Below, piece by piece: positions 21,268 to 30,734 of a stretch of 64,000 bases of DNA (position 1 is the stretch's first letter; each line of letters begins with the position of its first letter). This stretch comes from an uncultured virus (IMG/VR IMGVR_UViG_3300037225_000744) (lineage: Duplodnaviria; Heunggongvirae; Uroviricota; Caudoviricetes). Location of the stretch: IMG/VR virus record IMGVR_UViG_3300037225_000744; one strand, given 5' to 3'. The position numbers were made by a program, and so were the translations under genes. The notes below the pieces were generated by a model. It did not search any database. It had not been told where the DNA came from and saw nothing but the letters and a program-made list of their open reading frames with translations.

Positions 21268-21704
21268 TGAGACCTTATAAGAAAATATATAATGAAGAAT
21301 TAGAATCCGGGTTTATAAGAAGTACATATAGTGATGCAAAATATAATGTTTTTAAAATAGAAAATTTAAAAGAATTAAAAGATTTACCAGGTAATCCTAG
21401 AGGTGTTATAGCTAAAAATAATTTATATATTTGCAATGATAAAGGAATGAATATTACTCATGATAATCTTTTAAATTATTTAAAAAAACAACATATTATT
21501 TTTAATATAAGATTTTGGTGGAATAAAATAGAATCAATGCAAGATTTTTTATGTGTGCATTGGAATAGGGATAGAATGTATATTGCTGAATCTTATATGT
21601 TTAATTTTTTCATTGGTGTTAAGAAAAATAAAGAATTAAAATTATCTTTAGATAATCATTTACAAGTCTTAAAAAGATTGCATATTCCATTTGATATAAA
21701 ATAG
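21267..21704 (+). CDS. Tagged protein (MRPYKKIYNEE), unknown function
   Basis: Shared N-terminal motif. Confidence 0.7.
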   Translation: MRPYKKIYNEELESGFIRSTYSDAKYNVFKIENLKELKDLPGNPRGVIAKNNLYICNDKGMNITHDNLLNYLKKQHIIFNIRFWWNKIESMQDFLCVHWNRDRMYIAESYMFNFFIGVKKNKELKLSLDNHLQVLKRLHIPFDIK

Positions 21705-21712
21705 GTTAAATC

Positions 21713-22723
21713 TTGGCTAGTAAATACTATTACAGTAAAACAGATAATTCGTATCCAGCAGTTCTAGAAGCAACTATGGGTACAGTAAGATTATATATAC
21801 ACAACCTTTTATATCCTACTGAAACTTTTCCTAATAACCCTTTAAATGATAATAGAATGATGTTAGCAGATATGTCTGCAAATATGGCCTTAAGAGAATC
21901 AATAAAACAAAACATGTTTACTAATGCCACTTTTCCTTTTACTGTTTATACAATAGGGAACGAAATAGAAAAAGTAGATAGAACATCTCATACTCAACAT
22001 ACTGGTCATATAATTCCAGTAGACTTAGGTATTGCAATAAAAACATTGCCTGTTGAAGTTCAATTAAATATGATTTCTTTTTTTAATACTGCTGCTGATT
22101 ATAATCATGCTCAAGTATTATTTTTAAATGCTTTTGCTGATAAAATTTTATTAGATGTTCCCGTAATATTAAATGGGCAATTATGTAAAACATATGTATT
22201 GTTGCATGAATTAGAATTAAGTAAAGGATCTTATGCTTATGAATTTGAACAGCAATTAAAAGAAGGTAATATTTGGGATTTAGTACATAACTTTAAAATA
22301 GTATTTTTAAATATAGTATTAGATGCTTCTATGATAGCTCCTGTAGATGATATTTTAGTTGGTCTAGTTACATTAAAAGAATTTCAAACACCTATAACAA
22401 GTAGAACATTAGTTCCAGAAACACCTCAAGTAAAATATACAATTCCTATTTCTGGTTCAGTAGATGTTAGTGTAAATTCTACTATTACTGTTGGGTTTAA
22501 TACTTCTATGAATACAAATGAAGTAGAACAAAATATAGGATTTATTCCAAGTATAAGTTCTGATTATAGTTGGATATCTGGAGATTCAGTATTAATTATT
22601 ACTCCTTCTCAAGTATTAAATTCAGGAACAGCTTATGAATTATCTATAGGTAGTAATTCAATTAGTGGTCAACAAGTTAGAATGATTCAAGATTACGATT
22701 TTGTATTTACAACAAAAGGTTAA
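21713..22723 (+). CDS. Virion structural protein with C-terminal Ig-like (Big_5-type) domain
   Basis: PQVKYTIP...VSVNSTITVGFNTSMN...LIITP...LNSGTAYELSI...FVFTT. Confidence 0.7.
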   Translation: MASKYYYSKTDNSYPAVLEATMGTVRLYIHNLLYPTETFPNNPLNDNRMMLADMSANMALRESIKQNMFTNATFPFTVYTIGNEIEKVDRTSHTQHTGHIIPVDLGIAIKTLPVEVQLNMISFFNTAADYNHAQVLFLNAFADKILLDVPVILNGQLCKTYVLLHELELSKGSYAYEFEQQLKEGNIWDLVHNFKIVFLNIVLDASMIAPVDDILVGLVTLKEFQTPITSRTLVPETPQVKYTIPISGSVDVSVNSTITVGFNTSMNTNEVEQNIGFIPSISSDYSWISGDSVLIITPSQVLNSGTAYELSIGSNSISGQQVRMIQDYDFVFTTKG

Positions 22724-22734
22724 GAGAATAAAAA

Positions 22735-23493
22735 ATGAAACCATATAGAAAATTATTTTATACAACAAAAGGTGAATCTTTATTACAATTATGTAAAATG
22801 GAAGAACAATGCGGATTATTGTCAACTAGTAATGGGGTATATCTTTATGAAGATGTAGTAAGCGCTGAACCCGAATTAAGTGAAATGAAAGAAATAGTTA
22901 ATGATTCTAGACAACAAATTTTTGATAGTAAAGATTTAAATCAAATTTTACATATATTAAATACAATTTTATTAAATAGAAAAATTAAATTTTATTATAA
23001 TTCTAGAGTAGATGATAAAGTGTATTTAATAGGTGCTGGGTATAATGCTGCTACTAATTTTATATTAATATCATGTACGAATAAAGTAACTGAATTTTAT
23101 CAAAATAGAAAAGATAAAGATATATTATTTAAGAATTTTTTAGGTAATTTTTATAGATCAATAGGCCATGAACTTATACATAGATATCAAGCATTAAAAA
23201 TTGAATATGAAGAAAAAAGGAAAGAAGTATGTAAAAAAAGTAATGAATATGGTAAAAAATATTTATCTAATAAGCATGAAATTATGTCTTATGCTTGGCA
23301 AATAGTTAATAATTTTAGAATGGAAGGGATTAAAGATAATGAAATAAAAGGAATTTTAAAAACTGATAGTAATATTAAAAAAGATATAGGGGGTCAAATT
23401 TTAAAAGATTATCATAATTTTTTTAAATTAAATGATGGTAATAATATATTAAAAAGTCTTTATAAATATATGTATATGTATTTAGATAAATAG
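22735..23493 (+). CDS. Tagged zincin-like protein (MKPYRKLFY)
   Basis: HELIH motif with downstream YLSNKHEIMSYA. Confidence 0.7.
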   Translation: MKPYRKLFYTTKGESLLQLCKMEEQCGLLSTSNGVYLYEDVVSAEPELSEMKEIVNDSRQQIFDSKDLNQILHILNTILLNRKIKFYYNSRVDDKVYLIGAGYNAATNFILISCTNKVTEFYQNRKDKDILFKNFLGNFYRSIGHELIHRYQALKIEYEEKRKEVCKKSNEYGKKYLSNKHEIMSYAWQIVNNFRMEGIKDNEIKGILKTDSNIKKDIGGQILKDYHNFFKLNDGNNILKSLYKYMYMYLDK

Positions 23494-23501
23494 GTTATTA
23501 G

Positions 23502-24044
23502 ATGAGCTATACTAAATCATTATTAGACACTATAATAGAAAAGATTGCTCCTGTAGCAAGAGCAGTTCATGATGTTAAAACAGAAATACATGGTACTAAA
23601 ACAAATGTATTACGAATTGCTAGAGTAAGTAAATCAGAAGAAGGTGATATAGATTATCAATACCAATCTCAGGTTATAAATAATGTTATCATGCGATATC
23701 CGTTTACTTCTATTGAACTATTTGGAACAAGAGATGGAGCTACTAATGACACAAAAGCAATAGACATATTTGATATATTACCTATTACTATGATTACATC
23801 TTTTTCAGGTGATGCTAGCCAACAAGCAGTAGAAATAGATGATAATGATATAGTGGTTGATGTTTTATTCGATGATCATAATTTAGCTATTCCTATTGTT
23901 ATGAGAGTAAATAGAGAATATGGAACATTTATGGGGAATAAGAGATTGGTAAACAAAAAATATGAACTTACTTTAGTAAGAGGTTCAGAAGCAGCAGATA
24001 TACAACCTTATATTGATAGTTACATTTCAGGTATAGCAGGATAA
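23502..24044 (+). CDS. Probable virion (neck/head-closure-like) protein
   Basis: Composition and context only. Confidence 0.4.
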   Translation: MSYTKSLLDTIIEKIAPVARAVHDVKTEIHGTKTNVLRIARVSKSEEGDIDYQYQSQVINNVIMRYPFTSIELFGTRDGATNDTKAIDIFDILPITMITSFSGDASQQAVEIDDNDIVVDVLFDDHNLAIPIVMRVNREYGTFMGNKRLVNKKYELTLVRGSEAADIQPYIDSYISGIAG

Positions 24045-24056
24045 AAGATAAATGAA

Positions 24057-24260
24057 ATGCTAGCATATATTATAATTTCATTTCTATTCTTTATATTACT
24101 CTATTGTATAGTATGTAAATTATTAGATAGAGATAAAATAGATTTGAAAGTAATTAGTATATTGTTATTTTTAGGTATAAGTTGGATTATTTCTTGTTTT
24201 ATACTACTAATAATTGTAGGATGTTGGTTTATTCATAACAAATTATGGAGAAAAATTTGA
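24057..24260 (+). CDS. Small membrane protein
   Basis: Two hydrophobic stretches. Confidence 0.55.
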   Translation: MLAYIIISFLFFILLYCIVCKLLDRDKIDLKVISILLFLGISWIISCFILLIIVGCWFIHNKLWRKI

Positions 24261-24935
24261 AACCATATAAAAGATTATTTGAAGATCATTATGGCCCCAG
24301 AATATAAAGATTTAATTATTAAATCTATTTATATGCAATGGAAGACATGGTTAGAAAGATTCCCAGATGAAGAAGGATTAGATGATCCCAAATATATGGA
24401 TGCTGAAATAGAAAGATGGGCTCCTGAATGGATGTCTTTTATTAAAAAAAGTTTTGATAAAAATTTATACATAAAAGCTAATTCTTTTATAAAACCAATT
24501 AAACCTTATTCTAATGTAAAAGGTAGATGCTATTATAATGCTTTAGATTATGTTTTAAATCATAAACAAGATCATAAAGATTTAGAACTATGTATAGGAT
24601 TTTTATTTGAAGTAAAAATTTTTGATTTATTAAAGAAAGGATTGCAAGATAATAAAATGTATTCTAATGGAACATATGATGTTACCAAGCATGTTTTTTG
24701 TAAAGTTGGGAATAAAATATTAGACCCTACTATGGGCTCAGCTTTTATAGGAGATATATATTGTTATAGAATAGTTCCAGAAGAAACATATAAAAACTTT
24801 TATCACAAACCAAATGATGAAGAGCAAGATGCAAGACACGTAGAAGATTATTTTGACAATATCTTAAATAAAGAAAAAAATTATGTTAATTGGTTAGACG
24901 AATTCATTTTATATATTAAAAAAATTAGAGGATAA
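24257..24935 (+). CDS. Tagged transglutaminase/papain-like protein with a +1 frameshift after the tag
   Basis: GGAG RBS and TTG at 24257 give MKPYKRLFEDHYGP; the body is in the +1 frame with GRCYYNA, KHVF and ILDPT (Cys-His-Asp). Confidence 0.65.
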
Positions 24936-24936
24936 T

Positions 24937-26136
24937 ATGAAAAAATATAAGAAAATTTATGAAGGTAAGTCTCAAGCTATTCAAATTTTACAGAAAACTT
25001 TTGGAGAAAAATCAAAAGATATCGTAAATCAACTTGAAAAACTAGATCCTACTTCTCCTAAAAATAAATATGTTGAAGTTTTTGCTAAAATTTTCCTTGA
25101 CTCAAAATTATCAATTGAAAAATTTATTGAAAAATTTAATAGAGAAAATTTAAAAGAAAAAATTTCTACTTTAGAGAAAAAATCTCAAAAAATTGATCTA
25201 ACTAAAATAAAAACTTTTGAAGATTTTAAAAATGAGGTAGAAAAATTATCTTCTACAATTACAAAATCTTCTGCAAAACATGGAATTTCAGGATTGACTT
25301 TAGGAAAAGATTATTTGAAAATAAATGTTAAAGATGAAAATTGTAAAGCATACATTCCTTTAAATCATAAAGCTTCAAAAATAATTGCTTCTTCTTACTT
25401 AGGAGGATGTACTGGAAAATGGTGTACTGCTCAAAATGACGATACATATTGGGAAAAATATATTCAAGATACTAAAGGAATTTTAGTTTATATTTTGAAT
25501 GAAAATTTAGATGAAAATAATAAAAATAGAAAACAAGCAATCTTTTTTTATCCAAATAAAGAAAATATTGAAAGATTTGATATAAATGATTCTTCAATTT
25601 CAAAAGTATTTTCAGAATCAGAAATCAAAAAATTTATTTTTTCAAATTGGGAAAAAATAAGAGAAAAATTTCCTGAACAAAAAAATTGGATAGAAAAGGC
25701 TATAATTATAAATGCACAATATCAAATAGAACAGAATCAAAGTGTAACTTGGAAAGGTGGAACTTGGGAAGATGGATTTTGGGAAGATGGAGTTTGGGAA
25801 AATGGGACTTGGAAAGGTGGATTTTGGGAAGATGGAGTTTGGGAAAATGGGACTTGGGACTTGGGAATTTGGGAAGATGGAACTTGGAAAGGTGGAACTT
25901 GGAAAGGTGGAACTTGGAAAGGTGGAACTTGGGAAGATGGATTTTGGGAAGATGGAGTTTGGGAAAATGGGACTTGGAAAGGTGGATTTATTTATGATCC
26001 TGAAAAAATTGGGAATTTTGAAAAAAATTGGAAATGGAAGGGTATTTATGTTTATTCACCAATAAGTCCAAAAAAATATTTTGCAAAGAAAAAAGAAAAT
26101 ATAAAAATTGGGAAATATAAAAAAATATATGAGTAG
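24937..26136 (+). CDS. Tagged protein (MKKYKKIYE) with KWCTA domain and Trp pentapeptide repeats
   Basis: GKWCTA motif; (GxWxx)n repeats; ends IGKYKKIYE. Confidence 0.8.
   Translation: MKKYKKIYEGKSQAIQILQKTFGEKSKDIVNQLEKLDPTSPKNKYVEVFAKIFLDSKLSIEKFIEKFNRENLKEKISTLEKKSQKIDLTKIKTFEDFKNEVEKLSSTITKSSAKHGISGLTLGKDYLKINVKDENCKAYIPLNHKASKIIASSYLGGCTGKWCTAQNDDTYWEKYIQDTKGILVYILNENLDENNKNRKQAIFFYPNKENIERFDINDSSISKVFSESEIKKFIFSNWEKIREKFPEQKNWIEKAIIINAQYQIEQNQSVTWKGGTWEDGFWEDGVWENGTWKGGFWEDGVWENGTWDLGIWEDGTWKGGTWKGGTWKGGTWEDGFWEDGVWENGTWKGGFIYDPEKIGNFEKNWKWKGIYVYSPISPKKYFAKKKENIKIGKYKKIYE
25747..25990 (+). repeat. Coding 15-nt tandem repeat (Trp pentapeptide)
   Basis: Units such as ggaacttggaaaggt, ggattttgggaagat and ggagtttgggaaaat. 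Confidence 0.9.
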
Positions 26137-26140
26137 AATA

Positions 26141-26187
26141 GTCAATTGCCATTAGGCAAGCCTAGTGGTTTTCTCAACCCTAGAGGT
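26141..26187 (+). mobile_element. 47-bp single-hairpin IscB-element scar
   Basis: 5' half matches the I2 left end, 3' half matches the I2 right end; followed by ATAAA at 26188. Confidence 0.85.
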
Positions 26188-26195
26188 ATAAATTT

Positions 26196-26621
26196 ATGAA
26201 AAAATATAAAAAAATATACAGAGAAAATGAAAATAATATTCATTCAATGATTATAGATTATTTCAAAAATAATCCTAATCCTGTTGATACTGATATACAT
26301 GCTTTAGCTGAGAAATTAAATCTTAGTGCTAGTGCATTAGAAAATCATATTTATATGGTTTTAACAGACTATATTTTGAATGGAATAAAAGTTTCTGATT
26401 GGGATGGAGTAGGAAAAGACTTAGATGAAAGAGATGTAAACCCGATTCAATTAAGAAAAGGTATAGAAATTGAATTTGAACATACCAAAAATAAGGAAAT
26501 AGCAAAAAAAATTGCAATAGATCATTTAGCTGAATTTACAATCTATTATACTGGATTAGAAAATATGGAGAAGCAATTAAGAAAAAATGAAACAAAGTCA
26601 ACTACCATTAGGCAAGCCTAA
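26196..26621 (+). CDS. Tagged DUF5661-like protein (MKKYKKIYRE)
   Basis: QLRKGIEIEFEHT...AKKIAIDHLAE...YYT; last codons are supplied by element I2. Confidence 0.7.
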   Translation: MKKYKKIYRENENNIHSMIIDYFKNNPNPVDTDIHALAEKLNLSASALENHIYMVLTDYILNGIKVSDWDGVGKDLDERDVNPIQLRKGIEIEFEHTKNKEIAKKIAIDHLAEFTIYYTGLENMEKQLRKNETKSTTIRQA

Positions 26622-28115
26622 TGGCTTGAAAAGTGATTTTCAACGAAAGAGTTGATTAGGGGGCTTAAAATTTTAAAAAGAGGTTTTATGCAGAAGTTAG
26701 AAGAAAGAAATCACATACACACCTTGGAATGCTCAACTAGTTCCATGCTCTGTGATCATGAATTAAACAGAGATCAAAGTCTCAGTGTTCATGATTTAAA
26801 AACTTCTTCTAACAATCCCGAAGTTGATCAATCTGTTGTTAAACAACAGAAACAGAACTTGAGAGTATCTGTTAAAGTTTATGTTTTAAACATGAGAGGG
26901 AATTCTCTTATGCCTTGTTCTTCAAGACAAGCAAAAATTTTATTAAGGAGTAAAAAAGCAAAAGTAGTTAAAAGAATACCTTTTACAATTCAATTATTAA
27001 TCCCTACAGGAGAAACAAAACAAGATATCACATTAGGAATTGACACAGGATATGGTAATATTGGTTTTTCAGCAGTAAGTAAAAAAGAAGAATTGATTTC
27101 AGGTACTTTAAAATTAGACGGAAGAACAAAAGAAAGATTAGATGAAAAAAGAATGTATCGAAGAGGAAGAAGAAATAAGCTTTGGTATAGACAAGCAAGA
27201 TGGATGAATAGAAAAAGAAAAGATGGGTGGCTTCCTCCTTCTATCGAAAGAAGATATCAAACACATCTATCACTTATAAATAAGATTAAAAAAATTCTTC
27301 CAATAAAGAATATAATTTTAGAGATTGCAAAATTTGATATTCAAAAAATAGAAAATCCTGAAATAAGTGGGAAAGAATATCAACAAGGAAATTTGTATGA
27401 ATATCAAAATATGAGAAGTTATTTAATGGCAAGAGAAAAAGGATTATGTCAATTTTGTGGTAAAGATTTTATTGATCAACCTTCTCATATTCATCATATA
27501 ATACCTCGATCAAAAGGTGGAAATAATAGATCAGGTAATTTAGCTTTACTTCATGAAAAATGTCATAAAGAAATTCATGAAAAACATTTAGAGAGTAGTT
27601 TAAAATCAAGTTCAAAAGATTATAAGCAATCTACTTTTATGTCTATAATTAATAAAAGATTTTGGAATGACATTCCTGAAATGATAGTTACTTTTGGAAA
27701 CATAACATTTGTAAATAGAAATAAAATAGGTTTAGAAAAAACTCATTTCAATGATGCTTTTATAATAGCAAAAGGTAATACTCAAAAAAGATGTAAACCA
27801 TTTGAAATAATACAAAAGCATAGAAACAATAGAGTATTACAATTAAATAGAAAAGGATTCAAACCAAGTATTAAAAGAAAAAGAAGCATAATTCAACCCG
27901 TAGATTTATTTTGGGTTAAAGGTAAAAAATATATTTGTAAAGGAATGTTCAATAAAGGATTGTATATTTTGTTTGGTATAGCAAAAAAGAAAGAGTATTT
28001 TAGTATGAAACTAGTTGAAAAATATTTTAATCAAGGGAGTTTAGTATGGAATTAAAATTAAATGGGTCTGATTCATCCACTTGGCAAGCCAAGCAGTTTT
28101 CTCAGCCCCAGAGGT
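26597..28115 (+). mobile_element. IscB element I2, no tnpA
   Basis: GTCAACTACC-hairpin start; right hairpin cttggcaagccaag; ATAAA at 28116. Confidence 0.92.
26688..28055 (+). CDS. iscB: IscB RNA-guided endonuclease
   Basis: SLMPC, GIDTG, bridge helix, LEIAKFD, HNH, THFNDA; ATG at 26688 after GAGG. Confidence 0.95.
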   Translation: MQKLEERNHIHTLECSTSSMLCDHELNRDQSLSVHDLKTSSNNPEVDQSVVKQQKQNLRVSVKVYVLNMRGNSLMPCSSRQAKILLRSKKAKVVKRIPFTIQLLIPTGETKQDITLGIDTGYGNIGFSAVSKKEELISGTLKLDGRTKERLDEKRMYRRGRRNKLWYRQARWMNRKRKDGWLPPSIERRYQTHLSLINKIKKILPIKNIILEIAKFDIQKIENPEISGKEYQQGNLYEYQNMRSYLMAREKGLCQFCGKDFIDQPSHIHHIIPRSKGGNNRSGNLALLHEKCHKEIHEKHLESSLKSSSKDYKQSTFMSIINKRFWNDIPEMIVTFGNITFVNRNKIGLEKTHFNDAFIIAKGNTQKRCKPFEIIQKHRNNRVLQLNRKGFKPSIKRKRSIIQPVDLFWVKGKKYICKGMFNKGLYILFGIAKKKEYFSMKLVEKYFNQGSLVWN

Positions 28116-28269
28116 ATAAAAAACAAGTAATAAATCAATTAATTTATAAAATCAATACTAAAAATTTAAAAAACAATTTATTTAATAATATAAATAGATT
28201 TAATACTATAGAGATGATAGTATAGATAGCCAAAAAATTTGGTATATTTGAAGAATTAAATAAAAAACA

Positions 28270-28812
28270 ATGAAATCATATAAAAGAATATTTGAAGCAA
28301 AGCAAGTTGGAATACTGTATCATATAATTGATTTAGAAGGCATGATTACTTTATTAAAAAATAAAAGTTTAAAGGGATTTAATTATACTTATATTTCTAC
28401 TACAAGAAGTAAATCCTTTAATGATTATTTAGGTAGCAGACCCAGTAGTTATTTTAAATTAGAACTTAATGGAGACAAATTATCAGAAAAATATAAAATA
28501 GAACCAAATAGTTATCAATCTAGTACAGGGATTAGTTTTGAAGAATATGAAGAAGTAATAAAAACATCTGAAATAAAAAATATATTTATTTATATAAATA
28601 AAATTATTTTTTTAATAGATAAATTTGAATCTGGTCGTTATTCTCAAAAAGATGTATTATTAGATGATGAAGGATATAATACTTTTGGTAAAAGATTTAA
28701 ATTAATAGATTTAAAAAACATGATAAATAGTATACCAAAAAAATTAATATATGTTCAAAAAGGTAGTAGGGTATATCAAGATTTTAATAATTTATTTAAA
28801 GAAATAATCTAA
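28270..28812 (+). CDS. Tagged ADP-ribosyltransferase-like protein (MKSYKRIFE)
   Basis: ILYH, YISTTR and EEYEEVI in ART-fold order. Confidence 0.55.
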   Translation: MKSYKRIFEAKQVGILYHIIDLEGMITLLKNKSLKGFNYTYISTTRSKSFNDYLGSRPSSYFKLELNGDKLSEKYKIEPNSYQSSTGISFEEYEEVIKTSEIKNIFIYINKIIFLIDKFESGRYSQKDVLLDDEGYNTFGKRFKLIDLKNMINSIPKKLIYVQKGSRVYQDFNNLFKEII

Positions 28813-28863
28813 TTTTTTATATATTATTATAAGGAAGTAAATTTTTTATAAGGAGAAATAATT

Positions 28864-30699
28864 TTGTTCATAATTGATTATGACAAAAATAAAGATAAAT
28901 TTCTAATTGAATTTGATGTAGATGATTCTGAGGAATTTCAAGAGCATGTAAAGTATTTAAAATCTTTATGGTTAAAATTTGATGTAGGTAGTAAAAAGTG
29001 GATAGTTGAATGTTCTAAAATGGATGAAATTGCTTTATGGTTTAAAAGAGATAAAAGAGAATATTCTATTACTACATCTTGTCAAGATAAAATAAATGAA
29101 ATAGCTAATTCATATACGTCAGAAATAAAATATAGTAGAGGAATAGAGTTTGATAAATCTATTTTAAATAAAGATGTAATTCCTTTTAAGTTTCAAGAGC
29201 AAGTAATAAATTGGGCATTAAAAAGAAATAATATATTAAATGCTCTCGATGCAGGACTTGGTAAAACTTTTATTAGTATATGTCAATTTGGGGCATTATT
29301 TAAGTTAGGAAAATTAAATGGAATTTTTATTATAGCTCCTTTAGGGTTATCTTTTCATTGGAAATATTCCATATTAGAATTTGTTAATTGTTTTAAAGAA
29401 GAAGATATTGTTATTATAGATAACGAGACAAAAAATAAGCCATTTGAAAATAATATAGATAAGAAAATAATTATAACTAGTAATCATTTATTAGCTGATA
29501 TTGTAGTATCATATAAAGAACAAAAAAGAAAGACAAGAAGTAAAGCAAAAATAAGATGGAATGGTTTAGTTGATATAAGGAAAAAATGGAATAAAGATAA
29601 TTTATTTATTTTATGTGATGAATCTCATAATTTTAAGAATAGTAAAGCAATTAAAACAAAAGCATTATTCTCCATAAAAAATCAATTTAAATATAAATGT
29701 TTATGTTCTGCTACTCCTTTTATAAATAGAATAGAGGACGCGTATAGTCAGATTACTTTTTTAGATAAATCAATTATTCCAATGAGCGAGAATGCATGGA
29801 AATTATCCATAGCTGATTCAATAGGAAATAAATTTGATAAGTATGCTATTACAAATTATAATACAGAAAAAGTAGAAGAATTTCATAATAGTATAAAACA
29901 AATAATGATCAAAATAAATAAAGAAGATGTAGATGAAATGAAAGTAAAGAAAATTATTTCTAAAATTTATTTTGATCTTACACTAGCTCAAAGAGAATTA
30001 TATCAAAGAATAACTGAGTATCAAATAGCTATATTGGAAAATGAATATGATAAAGTAACATGGAGATTAGTACTACAAAAATTACAACTTATATGTGAAG
30101 TAATAGATAATCCTAAAATTCTTGCAAAACATCATTATGATGATCCTGGAATTAATAGAATTGTAGATAAATGGAAAATAGAAGATGATCCTAAATTTAT
30201 TGTATTAAATGAGAAAATAAAAAATATAGTAGAAGAAAGAAATGAAAAAATTATTATATATGATATTCATCCAGAGACATTAGATACCTTATATGAGAAA
30301 TTCCAGAAATATTCACCTTTAATAATTCATGGGTCTTTAAAAGTAAAGGATAAAGAAAAAGATAGAAAAGAAAAAGAAGATTTATTTAATAATGATCCTA
30401 GATATAAAATATTTTTATTATCTGCATTGACATCTAGTGCAGGATTAAATTTACAAAAAATGTGTAATAGAATTGAAGTATATACAATGCCATGGGATTC
30501 AGTACCGTTTCGACAGTTACAAGATCGTACTACAAGAATAACAAGCGAAAAAGATTCTTATATAGAAGTATTTTGTTATCCTAAGACTATTGATAATATT
30601 AGAGTGCAAAGAAATTTCAATAGAGTTGATCTTAATGATAAATTAGGAAAAGAAATAAGTAGAGAAGAATTACAAAATTTATTGAGAGGAATAGTTTAG
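28864..30699 (+). CDS. SNF2-family helicase
   Basis: DAGLGKT, DESH, SATP, SAGLNLQ, QLQDRTTRI. Confidence 0.9.
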   Translation: MFIIDYDKNKDKFLIEFDVDDSEEFQEHVKYLKSLWLKFDVGSKKWIVECSKMDEIALWFKRDKREYSITTSCQDKINEIANSYTSEIKYSRGIEFDKSILNKDVIPFKFQEQVINWALKRNNILNALDAGLGKTFISICQFGALFKLGKLNGIFIIAPLGLSFHWKYSILEFVNCFKEEDIVIIDNETKNKPFENNIDKKIIITSNHLLADIVVSYKEQKRKTRSKAKIRWNGLVDIRKKWNKDNLFILCDESHNFKNSKAIKTKALFSIKNQFKYKCLCSATPFINRIEDAYSQITFLDKSIIPMSENAWKLSIADSIGNKFDKYAITNYNTEKVEEFHNSIKQIMIKINKEDVDEMKVKKIISKIYFDLTLAQRELYQRITEYQIAILENEYDKVTWRLVLQKLQLICEVIDNPKILAKHHYDDPGINRIVDKWKIEDDPKFIVLNEKIKNIVEERNEKIIIYDIHPETLDTLYEKFQKYSPLIIHGSLKVKDKEKDRKEKEDLFNNDPRYKIFLLSALTSSAGLNLQKMCNRIEVYTMPWDSVPFRQLQDRTTRITSEKDSYIEVFCYPKTIDNIRVQRNFNRVDLNDKLGKEISREELQNLLRGIV

Positions 30700-30734
30700 T
30701 ACTAATAATTAAGAAATTACTTTAGGAGAAAATT

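Noticed and set aside
25686..26065. Two overlapping repeat ORFs, or a possible CRISPR/DGR array
   Set aside because: Shadow frames of the 15-nt coding repeat; no unique spacers and no reverse transcriptase
17343..28055. Cas9/CRISPR system
   Set aside because: Proteins are under 480 aa with PLMP-like N-termini and IS ends; no array or cas1/cas2
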